Shown here piece by piece: positions 41,602-51,485 of a stretch of 64,000 nt of DNA; the first letter of the stretch is position 1; the number at the start of each line of letters is the position of its first letter. Made by a program: the position numbers and the translations under genes. The notes beneath the pieces were generated by a model. That model saw nothing but the letters and a program-made list of their open reading frames with translations, had not been told where the DNA came from and made no database searches. Origin of the DNA: Leptospirales bacterium (lineage in GTDB: Bacteria; Spirochaetota; Leptospiria; Leptospirales; Leptospiraceae); assembly GCA_013297885.1 (NCBI GenBank), contig JAAFIR010000005.1, positions 46,507 through 110,506 on the forward strand, read 5' to 3'.

Positions 41602-43476
41602 TTATTTGTAAATATCAGCAATTAAAGATTTGTATTTATCTGAAATTACATTTCTTTTCATTTTGAAAAGATTTGTAAGTTCATCACCAACTTCCATAGC
41701 TTTTGGCAAAAATCTAAAATCAGAAATTCTTTCAAAACTTTTAAATCCATTATTTCCTGAAATTATATCTTTAATTGCAGTCATATAATGACTTCTAAGT
41801 TTTTCATTTTTATTAAGATCATCACCATAATTAATCGGAAAACCTAACTCTTTTAATTTATCAACTTCTGGCCAAATTAAACATCCAAGAGATTTTTGGT
41901 CTTGTCCAACTACAATAACTTGATTGATATGTGGATGTTCTAAAAGTAAATTTTCGATTGGGATTGGCTCTACATTTTCTCCACCAAGTAATACAATTGT
42001 GTCTTTTACTCTTCCTCGAACTGAAATAGTTCCGTTAAAACTTCTAAAGCCTAAGTCACCAGTATTTAACCAACCGTTTACAATTGTTTTTGCAGTAGCC
42101 TCAGGATTTTTATAATAACCTTTCATTACTTGTGGACCTCTCACATGAATTACACCAAGAGAACCTGTTTGTACTTCTTTGCCTTTTTCATCTAGAATTT
42201 TTACTTCAGCTCCAGCAGGAACAAAACCAACTGAACCTTGTACAACATGACCAACAGAGCGAATGGAAATAACAGGAGCACATTCTGTCATACCATAACC
42301 TTCATAAACAGGAATTCCAATGGCATTAAAAAATTCATCAATATGTGAAGGTAAAGCTCCTCCACCAGAGATGGTTCCTCTCATTTCTCCACCAAGAACT
42401 TCTCTAATTTTTTCAAAAATTACTTTATCAGCTACTTTTGATAAAATTCCTAAATTAGCTAAAGTGAGAACAGATTGAAAAGTATTTCCTAATTTTGAAA
42501 TTGGATCTTCTTCAACCATTTTAAGTTGGTTACCTTGAATGTAATCTATACTTTTTTTTACATTCTTAGCTATTTCATAAGAAGTATTAAACATTAATTG
42601 TCTAACTGGTTCAGCTTTCTCTAATTTTTGTTTGATACCAGCATATAAATTTTCCCAAAGTCTTGGAGCTGAAGCCATAAAAGTTGGTTTTACTTTTGTA
42701 AAATCATCTCTAAGGTCTCTTACATTTGTATAATAAATTGCTGCACCTGAATTAACCATTGCATAGTCATTTGCTCTTTCAAAAATATGCCAAACAGGTA
42801 AGATAGATAAAATCCTATCTCCTTTTTTGAGACCAATTAGAGTTGGTATGGATAAAACATTAAATATCATATTTTTATGAGAAAGCATAACACCTTTTGG
42901 AAGACCAGTTGTTCCAGACGTATAAATGATTGTAAACAAATCATCTTCTTTAGTTTCTTTTGCTCTTTTTAATAAATCGTTTAGCTTGTCTTTTCTAAGA
43001 GCTTTTCCTTTTTCAATTGCATCAGTAATATTTAAAATATTAGAAGTTGATTTGAAATCTGGATCTAAAACAATAACCTGTTTCACTTTTGTTTTAGAAA
43101 GAACAGGTTCAACAGTTTTTAAAAGTTTTTCATGTTCTATAAAACATAATTTTGACTCTGAATGTTCTAATATGTATTCAATTTCGCCAGCTGTTGAGTC
43201 AGAGCCTCTAGGAACGTTTACTGCACCATTTAATAAAACCGCCATGTCAGCAATCGCCCATTCAACAGAGTTATCAGACATTTGTCCAATTTTATCACCT
43301 GGTTCAATACCAACAGACATTAAATATAAACCAAGATTTTCTGCTTTAGTATATGTATCTTTAAATGTCACACCTTGAAATTTTTTGTTTATATCTTTTG
43401 TAAAATAAGTTAAATTATTTCCGAAATTTGAATTAATCGAGAAAAACATTTCGTTTAAAGTTTTGAAATTTCCCAT
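41602..43476 (-). CDS. long-chain-fatty-acid--CoA ligase (AMP-binding superfamily)
   Basis: AMP-binding motif IIYTSGTTGLPKGVMLSHKN, plus the YGMTE and GWLNTGDLG motifs. 624 aa. Confidence 0.85.
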   Translation of the reverse strand: MGNFKTLNEMFFSINSNFGNNLTYFTKDINKKFQGVTFKDTYTKAENLGLYLMSVGIEPGDKIGQMSDNSVEWAIADMAVLLNGAVNVPRGSDSTAGEIEYILEHSESKLCFIEHEKLLKTVEPVLSKTKVKQVIVLDPDFKSTSNILNITDAIEKGKALRKDKLNDLLKRAKETKEDDLFTIIYTSGTTGLPKGVMLSHKNMIFNVLSIPTLIGLKKGDRILSILPVWHIFERANDYAMVNSGAAIYYTNVRDLRDDFTKVKPTFMASAPRLWENLYAGIKQKLEKAEPVRQLMFNTSYEIAKNVKKSIDYIQGNQLKMVEEDPISKLGNTFQSVLTLANLGILSKVADKVIFEKIREVLGGEMRGTISGGGALPSHIDEFFNAIGIPVYEGYGMTECAPVISIRSVGHVVQGSVGFVPAGAEVKILDEKGKEVQTGSLGVIHVRGPQVMKGYYKNPEATAKTIVNGWLNTGDLGFRSFNGTISVRGRVKDTIVLLGGENVEPIPIENLLLEHPHINQVIVVGQDQKSLGCLIWPEVDKLKELGFPINYGDDLNKNEKLRSHYMTAIKDIISGNNGFKSFERISDFRFLPKAMEVGDELTNLFKMKRNVISDKYKSLIADIYK

Positions 43477-43715
43477 GAAGTTTGAATCCTATTTGTTATA
43501 TTTTTAGGCTTTAAACAAAAAATTACAAAAGCCAATGAAATCATTTTTTAAATCTTTATATAAAGATTCAAGTAAAATTTAAACTTGAAATAAAAATGTT
43601 ATCATTTTTTAATTTAAAATTGGGAGTTTCTTTTTTAGAAAGAAAAAGTTATTTGATAAAAGTTTGACTTATTTAAAAACACTTTCTTTCAAAAAAAGTC
43701 AGGCTTTCAACTCAT

Positions 43716-43745
43716 GTCAAAAAATTTCTTAATAAATTTTTTGAC
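43716..43745. repeat. 12-bp TIR element copy 3 (GTCAAAAAATTT-cttaat-AAATTTTTTGAC), about 240 bp upstream of the acyl-CoA ligase start
   Basis: Perfect palindrome with 6-bp spacer. Adjacent flank 43672-43715 is the reverse complement of 57-85. Confidence 0.6.
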
Positions 43746-43798
43746 ACCGTTTCAATCCTTAACTCTTGGTTAAAACAACTGTAAATAATTTACATTTC

Positions 43799-44710
43799 TT
43801 AATTAATTTCCTGATGACCTGGATGAATTTTTAGTTTAGGAATTTTTTTTGCAATTTCTTGAAGTTTGTTTAAACTAATTCGATTCTCATCAAGATTTTC
43901 AGTAAATTTTCCAGGAGGAACATTTTTTTCCCAACCAAATTTTGTATGTGAGGTATCACCAAGAACCAAATGAGATCCTGAAGTTGAAGAAATTAAAAAA
44001 CTTAAACTTCCTGCTGTGTGGCCTTTTGTGTGAAAAATTAAAAGAGATTTATCTCCAAAAAAATCTATAGTTGGAAGGTCAGTTACTGAATCAACTCCAG
44101 AAAATTCTAATTCTGAAATTTGATTATTTTCACCAATTAAGTTATCCGTACTAGATCTCACAAATAAATTTAAAAAATTTTTGGAAGAGGTTTCTTTGGG
44201 ACCAGTAAAAATTTTTGTGTTTTTTGGTAAATCTAGTCCACCCATGATATGGTCTAGATGTAAATGAGTTGCAAAAACTCCATTCAAATTGATTTTATTT
44301 TTTACTAAATATTCTTTTGTTGTAAAATGAATTTTTAATTTATCAAAATTCATTTGAGATTTAACAATACTAGATATTGGGACATCTTTAGGAGTTTTAA
44401 ACACTTCTGCAATTCCTGTATCAATTATAAAAATTCCTTTTGGATGTTCTAAAACATAAATAAAAATTCCTACTGGCTCTAATCCTTCTTTTAAACCATT
44501 TGATTTTGAAACTGGATCGTTTAAATCAATTAAGCCCTCTCTTGGAACTTCCCAATCTGCCATTTTTACTTTTGTAAATTTTAAAACTGATTTAGATTTT
44601 TCATAAAAAGAAAAATCTATAGAAGTTTTTTCTCCTAGCTTTTCTTTTTTTGCTTTAAAAGAAGTCACTGTGCAGTTAAGAATTAAAAATAGAATTAAAA
44701 ATATTTTCAT
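43799..44710 (-). CDS. MBL-fold metallo-hydrolase lipoprotein
   Basis: Lipobox LILNC. HxHxDH motif ATHLHLDHIMG, plus additional His/Asp ligands. Confidence 0.7.
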   Translation of the reverse strand: MKIFLILFLILNCTVTSFKAKKEKLGEKTSIDFSFYEKSKSVLKFTKVKMADWEVPREGLIDLNDPVSKSNGLKEGLEPVGIFIYVLEHPKGIFIIDTGIAEVFKTPKDVPISSIVKSQMNFDKLKIHFTTKEYLVKNKINLNGVFATHLHLDHIMGGLDLPKNTKIFTGPKETSSKNFLNLFVRSSTDNLIGENNQISELEFSGVDSVTDLPTIDFFGDKSLLIFHTKGHTAGSLSFLISSTSGSHLVLGDTSHTKFGWEKNVPPGKFTENLDENRISLNKLQEIAKKIPKLKIHPGHQEIN

Positions 44711-44813
44711 TAAAATAAAATTAAACGATAATTCAATTTGTCAATTATAACATTATATTTTATCAAAAATATCAGTTGATAAAAAGCACACATTGGATTC
44801 AAAATATTTCTAG

Positions 44814-45095
44814 ATGAAATATTATAATTGGAAATATAGATAAAAATAAAGAGCTTATTGAAGAAAGAAAAATTTCTTTTGAAGATATTGTTTATTATCT
44901 TTCAAATGGATTTTTATTAGTTAAAATCAAAAATCTAAATTCTGAAAAGTATAAAAACCAAGAAATTTTTATTATCAATATAGAAAACTTTGTTTATTTA
45001 GTTTCGTTTGTTGAATCTGAAAAGGAAATTTTTTAAAAACCATAATACCTAGTCGAAAAGCAACTAAAATCTATTTAGGAGAAAAAAATGAATAA
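44814..45095 (+). pseudogene. brnT: BrnT-like (RelE/DUF497 superfamily) toxin gene disrupted by at least two frameshifts
   Basis: Three consecutive frames read MKYYNWKYR* (44814-44843), ...NKELIEERKISFEDIVYYLSNGFLLVKIKNLNSEKYKNQEIFIINIENFVYLVSFVESEKEIF* (to 45036), and KGNFLKTIIPSRKATKIYLGEKNE* (45021-45095). Joined, they resemble BrnT (F/WxWDxxKxxxNxxKHGISFEEA ... RIISARKAT). The final stop overlaps the brnA ATG. Confidence 0.55.
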
Positions 45096-45372
45096 AACTG
45101 TTAAACTAAATAAAGAAGAAAAAGAAATCCTTAATTCTTTTGAAAAAGGTGAATGGGTGAGTAGCAAAAATTTTTTACCAAAAAAAAAGAAATATGAATC
45201 TTATGCAAAATCAACTCTTGCAAAAAACAAGAGGATTAATATTCGAATTTCTGAAAAAGACTTAATTTTAATGCAAAGGAAGGCTGTAGAAGAAGGCATC
45301 CCTTACCAAACATTAATTTCTAGTTTGATTCATAAATTTGTAAATGGCTCTTTAGTTGAATCTAAATTATAA
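45088..45372 (+). CDS. brnA: BrnA-type antitoxin (CopG-like, COG3514 family)
   Basis: KRINIRISEKDLILMQRKAVEEGIPYQTLISSLIHKFVNGSL matches the conserved BrnA C-terminal signature (RINIRLSxxDLxxIKxKAxxEGIPYQTLIxSLLHKYxxG). Confidence 0.7.
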   Translation: MNKTVKLNKEEKEILNSFEKGEWVSSKNFLPKKKKYESYAKSTLAKNKRINIRISEKDLILMQRKAVEEGIPYQTLISSLIHKFVNGSLVESKL

Positions 45373-45984
45373 CTTAAATTCTTGAAACAAAACATCTATT
45401 GGTTTACGAACTTTTTTTTCGTTTGCATATTTATCTGTTTCAGCTCTATACCCTAGTGTAAGAATAACTGTGGATTTTAGTCCTTTTAAGTTTAGTAGTT
45501 CATCTATTTTTTCTGATTCAAAACCTTCCATGGGACAAGTATCTATTTTTTCAAGAGCAGCGGCAAATAATCCAAAACCAAGTGCAATATAACATTGTTT
45601 TTTTGCCCAAAATAATTTATCACCATAGGTTTTTTTTGCAAAATCATTTAAAGTTTTTTTAAATCCATTTAATGAATCTAAAGAATGTTCCCTGGTTTTT
45701 GAAATTAAATTTATATATTCTTCAACTGAGTTTTCTGTAAAATTATCATTTGCACAAAATAGAAACAAATCTGAACATTCTATAATTTGTTTTTGATTAA
45801 AAGATAAACTTTTTATTTTTTCTAAAGTAGGTTTATCATTGATGTGTAATATTGTAAATGGTTGAGCTCCATAAGAACTTGGTGCAAATAAAATTGCTTC
45901 TTTAATTTTATTTAATTTATCTTCCGTAATTTTTTCATCATTAAATCTTTTTGTCGCATATCTATGTTTTAAGTCTTCTATCAT
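45367..45984 (-). CDS. nitroreductase family protein (FMN-dependent NAD(P)H oxidoreductase)
   Basis: N-terminal RYATKRF...ILFAPSSYGAQPF nitroreductase signature. 205 aa. Confidence 0.75.
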   Translation of the reverse strand: MIEDLKHRYATKRFNDEKITEDKLNKIKEAILFAPSSYGAQPFTILHINDKPTLEKIKSLSFNQKQIIECSDLFLFCANDNFTENSVEEYINLISKTREHSLDSLNGFKKTLNDFAKKTYGDKLFWAKKQCYIALGFGLFAAALEKIDTCPMEGFESEKIDELLNLKGLKSTVILTLGYRAETDKYANEKKVRKPIDVLFQEFKL

Positions 45985-46039
45985 TTAGCCTTTTTAATCA
46001 AAGTAGGTTTTCTTTCAAGATAAAAAGTTTTTTTTTGGG

Positions 46040-46320
46040 CGTTCCCTTTAATGAATTAAGAATGAAAAATTAAAATGTTCAATTTTAACTTTTCATTCTT
46101 AATTCATTAAAGGTCGAGCGTCTCACTCTGGTCATTTTTTTTTATTCAAAAAAAATGACCCCGTTCGATCTCTAACGCGTATCAATTTTAAAGTAAAAAT
46201 TTTTCAATACTAGAGTTAGAGATTAAAAAAGTCTCGAAGAGAGTCGCTTTGCGACCAAGCTTTTTGAAGCTCGACCCTTTTTTTAAAATCTTACTTTTAA
46301 AAAAAGGGGAACTCCCAAAA
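46040..46320. repeat. palindrome-dense GC-rich intergenic repeat cluster, family 2 (24-bp perfect IR cctttaatgaattaagaatgaaaa; hairpins ggtcattttttt/aaaaaaatgacc and atctctaac/gttagagat; modules gtcgctttgcgac and ggggaactcccaaaaaa)
   Basis: IR arms at 46045-46068 and 46090-46113. The block 46240-46275 is the reverse complement of 62622-62656, and the terminal motif matches 39061-39077. Confidence 0.65.
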
Positions 46321-46323
46321 AAC

Positions 46324-48021
46324 TTAATAAGAAAATTTTTTCTTTTTGTTTTGGATAAAATCGTAAATTATCATTTGGTTTAATTCATTTGGGTGAGGAT
46401 AAAAAATTCTGCCCTCAGCAATTTTTGCAAATTGGTTGATAAAACTTTTTTCACCAAAATAATTATAATCCCATTCCGATGTGAGTAAAAAAGTATTGAT
46501 TACAATTCCATCTTCTTTACATCTTTTTACTTCTGCGAGGGCTTCATCAAAATCAGCAGGAGTAGGGGGATAATTGATGTGAAGAACAGAGCCTTTAAAA
46601 TGAGCAGTTGGAGCTCCATCTGTAATCAAAAAAATTTGTTTGTTTTTAGTTTGTTTAGATGACAAAGCTTGTCGTGCTACAGATAAACCTTTTTGCAAAT
46701 TTGTAAAATATTCTGGAACACGATTTGCAATTTGTTCTTTTGAAAGTTTTGAAAAATCAAATTTGAGTTTGATGTATGGATCAAAAATAGTTACTTGGTA
46801 TGGCTGAAGAGTTGGAACTTCTGTGATTGGTATAATTTTTGCTGTGCTTCCAAATCCAACTAGAGTTAATTTTTCATCTTTGTATTCATTACGAATCAAA
46901 GAGTCCATTGCAAGAGTCATTTTTTTTGCATTATAAAATCTAGAAGAGCGTGCCATTGAACCAGACATATCCATTAAAATCACTGTTGCAGATTTGCTTG
47001 AGCCTCTTGCTTGAAAAACTTCCATATCTTTGAGAGAAGGAATATTTCCGTTTCCACGAATATGAGAATTGATTATGCTTCCAGTATAATCTAGATGAGA
47101 TAAATTATCACCAAATTCAAGTGGTTTTGTTGAAGAAGTTATATTTTCGGAATCGCCAAATTCATTTGTTTTGTGTGAGCCAGAAGAAGAATCTGATTTC
47201 ATATTGGAAAAAATTTCTGTTAATGCACGCATTCCAATTTTACGAATCGAACTTGGAGAAAGTGAAATTTCACCTTCTTCAGATTCCTGAATGTTGCCAC
47301 CTTGTTTGAGTAATTCTTTTAGTTGTTCAAAAATTTTTTCTCTTCTTTCTAAAAATTCATTATAACTTTCTGGTCCCAAATATTTTGCTAGTTGCTCTAA
47401 ATTAAAATTGTACAAATCTCCCGTTTCTAAGGAATCACTTAAAGTTTTTAAAAGCTCTGATAATTGATCCAGGGTTTGAATTAACTCAATAGATTCTGGA
47501 GGGTTTAATTTTGTTTTGCCAGTAAATTTATATTTTTTTTCTCCATTTTGTAAAATGGAAAGATCATTTAGTTTTAGTAGAACTTCGTCTAATTTTTTAT
47601 CAAATTTTTTTTCAGATTGGAGTTTCCATTTAATTCTTCTAAACTCGTCTGTGTTTTCTTTGTCAATTGCTGAAAGCATTTTTTTTACTAATTCTTTATC
47701 TGATATTTTTTTTTCGATTTCTTTTTTGTCTGAGTTAACTTCTTTTTTTAATAAATCAATGTTATGCGAGATTTGAAATTCTTCTTGTATTGATTTTATT
47801 TTTTCATCAATTTGATTTTTAAAATTTTCTATTAAAGAATCCATTCCACCTTCTTTTAAAAAAAGATTTACTGGACCGCCCCTTTCAATTAAAAGTCTTA
47901 ATGCTTCTTCAAGTGAAATATCATATTTCATAATCATGTCTGATAAAATAGACATCAATTTTTCTTTATCTATTTTATCGTCATCGTCAGGAAAATATTC
48001 AGAGTATTCGTAAGTAATCAC
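46324..48021 (-). CDS. von Willebrand factor A domain protein with N-terminal coiled-coil region
   Basis: MIDAS motif VILMDMSGSM, downstream ITDG and conserved Thr. 565 aa. 4-bp overlap with the upstream small gene. Confidence 0.7.
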   Translation of the reverse strand: MITYEYSEYFPDDDDKIDKEKLMSILSDMIMKYDISLEEALRLLIERGGPVNLFLKEGGMDSLIENFKNQIDEKIKSIQEEFQISHNIDLLKKEVNSDKKEIEKKISDKELVKKMLSAIDKENTDEFRRIKWKLQSEKKFDKKLDEVLLKLNDLSILQNGEKKYKFTGKTKLNPPESIELIQTLDQLSELLKTLSDSLETGDLYNFNLEQLAKYLGPESYNEFLERREKIFEQLKELLKQGGNIQESEEGEISLSPSSIRKIGMRALTEIFSNMKSDSSSGSHKTNEFGDSENITSSTKPLEFGDNLSHLDYTGSIINSHIRGNGNIPSLKDMEVFQARGSSKSATVILMDMSGSMARSSRFYNAKKMTLAMDSLIRNEYKDEKLTLVGFGSTAKIIPITEVPTLQPYQVTIFDPYIKLKFDFSKLSKEQIANRVPEYFTNLQKGLSVARQALSSKQTKNKQIFLITDGAPTAHFKGSVLHINYPPTPADFDEALAEVKRCKEDGIVINTFLLTSEWDYNYFGEKSFINQFAKIAEGRIFYPHPNELNQMIIYDFIQNKKKKFSY

Positions 48022-48395
48022 TTAATTTCTTCTTCTTGTTTAATTGTCGCGGGATAACAAATTGATTTGTTTAGATCACAATAAAATATTTTTGAGACCA
48101 ATTCAATTTTTCCTTTACCAGAAATTTTTACAGAAATTGGATCTACTTTTTCTAGGTATTCAGGTTTGTCTAAATAAGTTTTACCACTAAGTTTTAATTC
48201 AGAATTCGAAAAGTTAATTTTATCTTTTGATGAAAATTTGATTTTATTTGGTGCATCTTTTTGAATTGCAAAACCTGATTTTGCAAAAATTTCAATTTGA
48301 TAAGAATCATTTTTTTGTTTTTTTAAAAAAATATCTATAGGGTGTGTTATTGAAAAAATAGAACCAGAAATTAAAAAAAGAATTAATTTAGACAT
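48018..48395 (-). CDS. small periplasmic protein resembling DsbD N-terminal (alpha) domain
   Basis: Signal peptide. C-terminal KIFYCDLNKSICYPAT resembles the DsbD-alpha YQGCADAGFCYPP Cys pair. Confidence 0.4.
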   Translation of the reverse strand: MSKLILFLISGSIFSITHPIDIFLKKQKNDSYQIEIFAKSGFAIQKDAPNKIKFSSKDKINFSNSELKLSGKTYLDKPEYLEKVDPISVKISGKGKIELVSKIFYCDLNKSICYPATIKQEEEIK

Positions 48396-48656
48396 AAAGT
48401 CTCCTAAATATTAGATACCATAGATTATTAAAAAAATCGACTTTTTTTTATTTTTAACAATTGTTTTCATTTCTTTATTACTAATTTTATGGAATATAGT
48501 TTTTATAAGTAAATCAAATTTCACAGCACAAGCGAAAAGCAAGGTTTTTTTATCTAACCCCTATACTCTTTCTTAAAAAGCTAACAGGATTAGGTAAAAA
48601 AATTCGCCTTTTAACAAAAATAAAACTTCAAGATTTGATAAATAAAAATCTAAAGA

Positions 48657-51170
48657 TCACTCAGATTCAGATTCTTCTTCACCAATTATAGCAAAATCAA
48701 CAACTTTATCATCGTCTTTGAGGTTTACAACTCTCACACCTTGAGTGCTTCGGCCAATTTTGGAAATCCCAGATGCTTCCATTCGAATTATCATTCCTGA
48801 TTCAGCAATGATAATCACCTCGTCTTTTTCTTTTACAGCAGATATCCCAATTGCAGAACCATTTTTGTCTGTGATTTTGAGATAAGTCATACCTTTTCCA
48901 CCTCTACCTTTAGGGGAAAATTCAGAATACTCCATTCTTTTGCCATAACCTTTTTCAGTGATCACTAAAAAGTCTGCATCTTTTTCAAGAACTGTGACCC
49001 CTGCAATGATGTCGTCGTCAGCAAGTCTTAGTCCACGTACACCACCAGCAGTTCTTCCTTGTGTACGAAGTTTTGCAAGATTTGTGCGAAGTGCATTTCC
49101 ATTTCGTGATGCCAGTATTACATCTTCTTCAGGTTTTAAAAGACTCACGTAAATTAATTCATCATTATCATCTAAACCAATGGCAATGATTCCACCTTTT
49201 TTAGTGTTTGAAAAAACGGAAAGGGAAGATTTTTTAATAGTTCCTCTTTTGGTAGCCATAAAAATCGCATCTTCAGTAAATTCTTTAAATGTACAAATAG
49301 AAGTAATTTTTTCATCTGGTGAAAGATTGATCAATGCTTTGAGGGTTTTTCCACGAGCTTCCTTTGATGTAATTGGAAGTTCATAAACTTTCATCATATA
49401 CACTTTTCCTCTATTGGAAAATAACATTAGATTGTCGTGGGTAGAGGCAATTTTAATTTGTTTAATTACATCATCTCGTTTATTCGAACCACCTTGAACA
49501 CCTTTGCCGCCACGTTTTTGTTTTTTGAAAGTATCAAGTGGAAGTCTTTTGATAAATTGGTCATCAGAAATTTGCACCACAACTTGTTCATCATCTATTA
49601 AATCTTTTGCTTCGAATGAAGTAGTTGAAATAGATTCATTTGAAATTTCTGTTTTACGAGGAGTTCCAAATTTTGTGGATACTTCCATTAATTCAGTTTT
49701 GATAATTTCTAGAACACGAGCTGGTTTGTCCAAAATATCTTTTAGGTCAGCAATTAAATTTCTAATTTCTTCTAATTCGTTAATAATTTTTTGAACTTCA
49801 AGTGAAGTTAATCTTTGAAGTCTCATATCTAAAATTGCATCTGTTTGAACTTCTGAAAGTGGAAAAGCAGACATCAAACCGCTCTTTGCTTCAGCAGGAT
49901 TTTTGGATGCACGAATAATTCTGATAACTTCATCAATATTATCAAGTGCAATTTTTAAACCTTCTAAAATATGAGCTCGCTCTTCTGCTTTACGAAGTTC
50001 ATATTTGGTTCTACGAACAATTACTTCTTGCCTATGTTCTTTAAATGCTACTAAAATTTCTTTGAGGTTAAATACTTTTGGACGATTGTTTAAAATCGCA
50101 AGCATTGTAATTCCATAACTCACTTGAAGTTGAGTAAGTTTATATAACTGATTTAAGATAACTTGAGAATTGTAATCTTTTTTAATATAAATTTCAATTC
50201 TCATTCCTTTGCGGTTTGAAAGATCTAAAATTTCGCTAATGCCTTCTACTATTTTATCGTTAACAAGTTCTCCAATTTTTTCGAGTAATGTTTTTTTATT
50301 TACTTGGTAAGGAATTTCACTAATTACAATTACTTCTTTTCCTTTTTGGCCTTCTTCAATTTCAACTCTAGATCGAATTCTAACTGAGCCTTTTCCTGTG
50401 GTGTATGCAGAGACTAAACCTTCTCCACCAATTAAAATTCCTCCAGTTGGAAAATCTGGTCCTTTGATAATTTTTAGTAAATCAAAAATAGAAACATCAG
50501 GATTATTAATTACTTCAATTACAGCATCAATTGATTCTTTTAAATTATGAGATGGAATATTTGTAGCCATACCAACAGCAATTCCAGAAGTTCCATTTAC
50601 TAATATGTTTGGAAAATTTGCAGGTAATACATCTGGTTGTTGTTTTGTATCATCAAAGTTTGGAGAAAAATTTACAGTTTCTTTATCAATGTCTCTTAAT
50701 AATTCTTCAGCCACTTTTTCAAGTCTTGCTTCAGTATAACGATAGGCTGCAGGATTATCTCCGTCAACAGAACCAAAATTTCCTTGTCCATCAATGAGAG
50801 GAACACGAAGAGAAAAATCTTGCACCATCCTAACTAAAGTGTCATACACTGCTGTATCACCATGAGGATGATAGTTACCGATTACTTCCCCCACAATTTT
50901 TGCACATTTTACAAATGGTCTATCAGATCTCCATGCTCGTTCATTCATAGCATGAAGAATTCTTCTATGAACTGGTTTTAAACCGTCTCTCACATCAGGT
51001 AAAGCTCTACCTACAATTACGCTCATTGCATAACCAAGATACGCATCTTTCATTTGGTCTTCCACTTCAACTGGAATAACTTTGACACCATTTTTTAATG
51101 CATTGGCTATGTCTGGTCTTGATGCTGTGCTAAAACTTAAAACTTTTCCGTTCTGTTCTTCAATTGCCAT
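48657..51170 (-). CDS. gyrA: DNA gyrase subunit A
   Basis: AYLGYAMSVIVGRALPDVRDGLKPVHRR with active-site Tyr region. C-terminal beta-pinwheel repeats. 837 aa. Confidence 0.97.
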   Translation of the reverse strand: MAIEEQNGKVLSFSTASRPDIANALKNGVKVIPVEVEDQMKDAYLGYAMSVIVGRALPDVRDGLKPVHRRILHAMNERAWRSDRPFVKCAKIVGEVIGNYHPHGDTAVYDTLVRMVQDFSLRVPLIDGQGNFGSVDGDNPAAYRYTEARLEKVAEELLRDIDKETVNFSPNFDDTKQQPDVLPANFPNILVNGTSGIAVGMATNIPSHNLKESIDAVIEVINNPDVSIFDLLKIIKGPDFPTGGILIGGEGLVSAYTTGKGSVRIRSRVEIEEGQKGKEVIVISEIPYQVNKKTLLEKIGELVNDKIVEGISEILDLSNRKGMRIEIYIKKDYNSQVILNQLYKLTQLQVSYGITMLAILNNRPKVFNLKEILVAFKEHRQEVIVRRTKYELRKAEERAHILEGLKIALDNIDEVIRIIRASKNPAEAKSGLMSAFPLSEVQTDAILDMRLQRLTSLEVQKIINELEEIRNLIADLKDILDKPARVLEIIKTELMEVSTKFGTPRKTEISNESISTTSFEAKDLIDDEQVVVQISDDQFIKRLPLDTFKKQKRGGKGVQGGSNKRDDVIKQIKIASTHDNLMLFSNRGKVYMMKVYELPITSKEARGKTLKALINLSPDEKITSICTFKEFTEDAIFMATKRGTIKKSSLSVFSNTKKGGIIAIGLDDNDELIYVSLLKPEEDVILASRNGNALRTNLAKLRTQGRTAGGVRGLRLADDDIIAGVTVLEKDADFLVITEKGYGKRMEYSEFSPKGRGGKGMTYLKITDKNGSAIGISAVKEKDEVIIIAESGMIIRMEASGISKIGRSTQGVRVVNLKDDDKVVDFAIIGEEESESE

Positions 51171-51195
51171 TTAGACTCTCTTTGGTTGATACTTT

Positions 51196-51290
51196 GGGCG
51201 ATTCGCTCTTCGAGCGATCGTGCTAGAAAATGGTTCCGTTTCTAACGAAACCCGCATCGCAAGCGAGCGGCATTTTCTATCACTATCGCG
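51196..51290. repeat. GC-rich mosaic repeat, family 1 copy D (inverted, extended form)
   Basis: The reverse complement shares gcgatagtgat and agcacgRtc...cgaagMgMgaatcgccc modules with 8898-9006. Confidence 0.55.
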
Positions 51291-51485
51291 TTCCACTTGT
51301 AAAGATTTCAAATTTAGCTTATGTGAAAAGAAGTTTTTAGTTTTAATATTGTTAAATGAACTGTTAAAATTACAGTAAAATCAATAGCTTTAATAGGAGT
51401 TTTAAAATTGTATTACCTATAACCTTGAGAATTCAAAGATCAATATTAAAATTTAGAATTCATATTTAAAATATTAATCTTTGAA

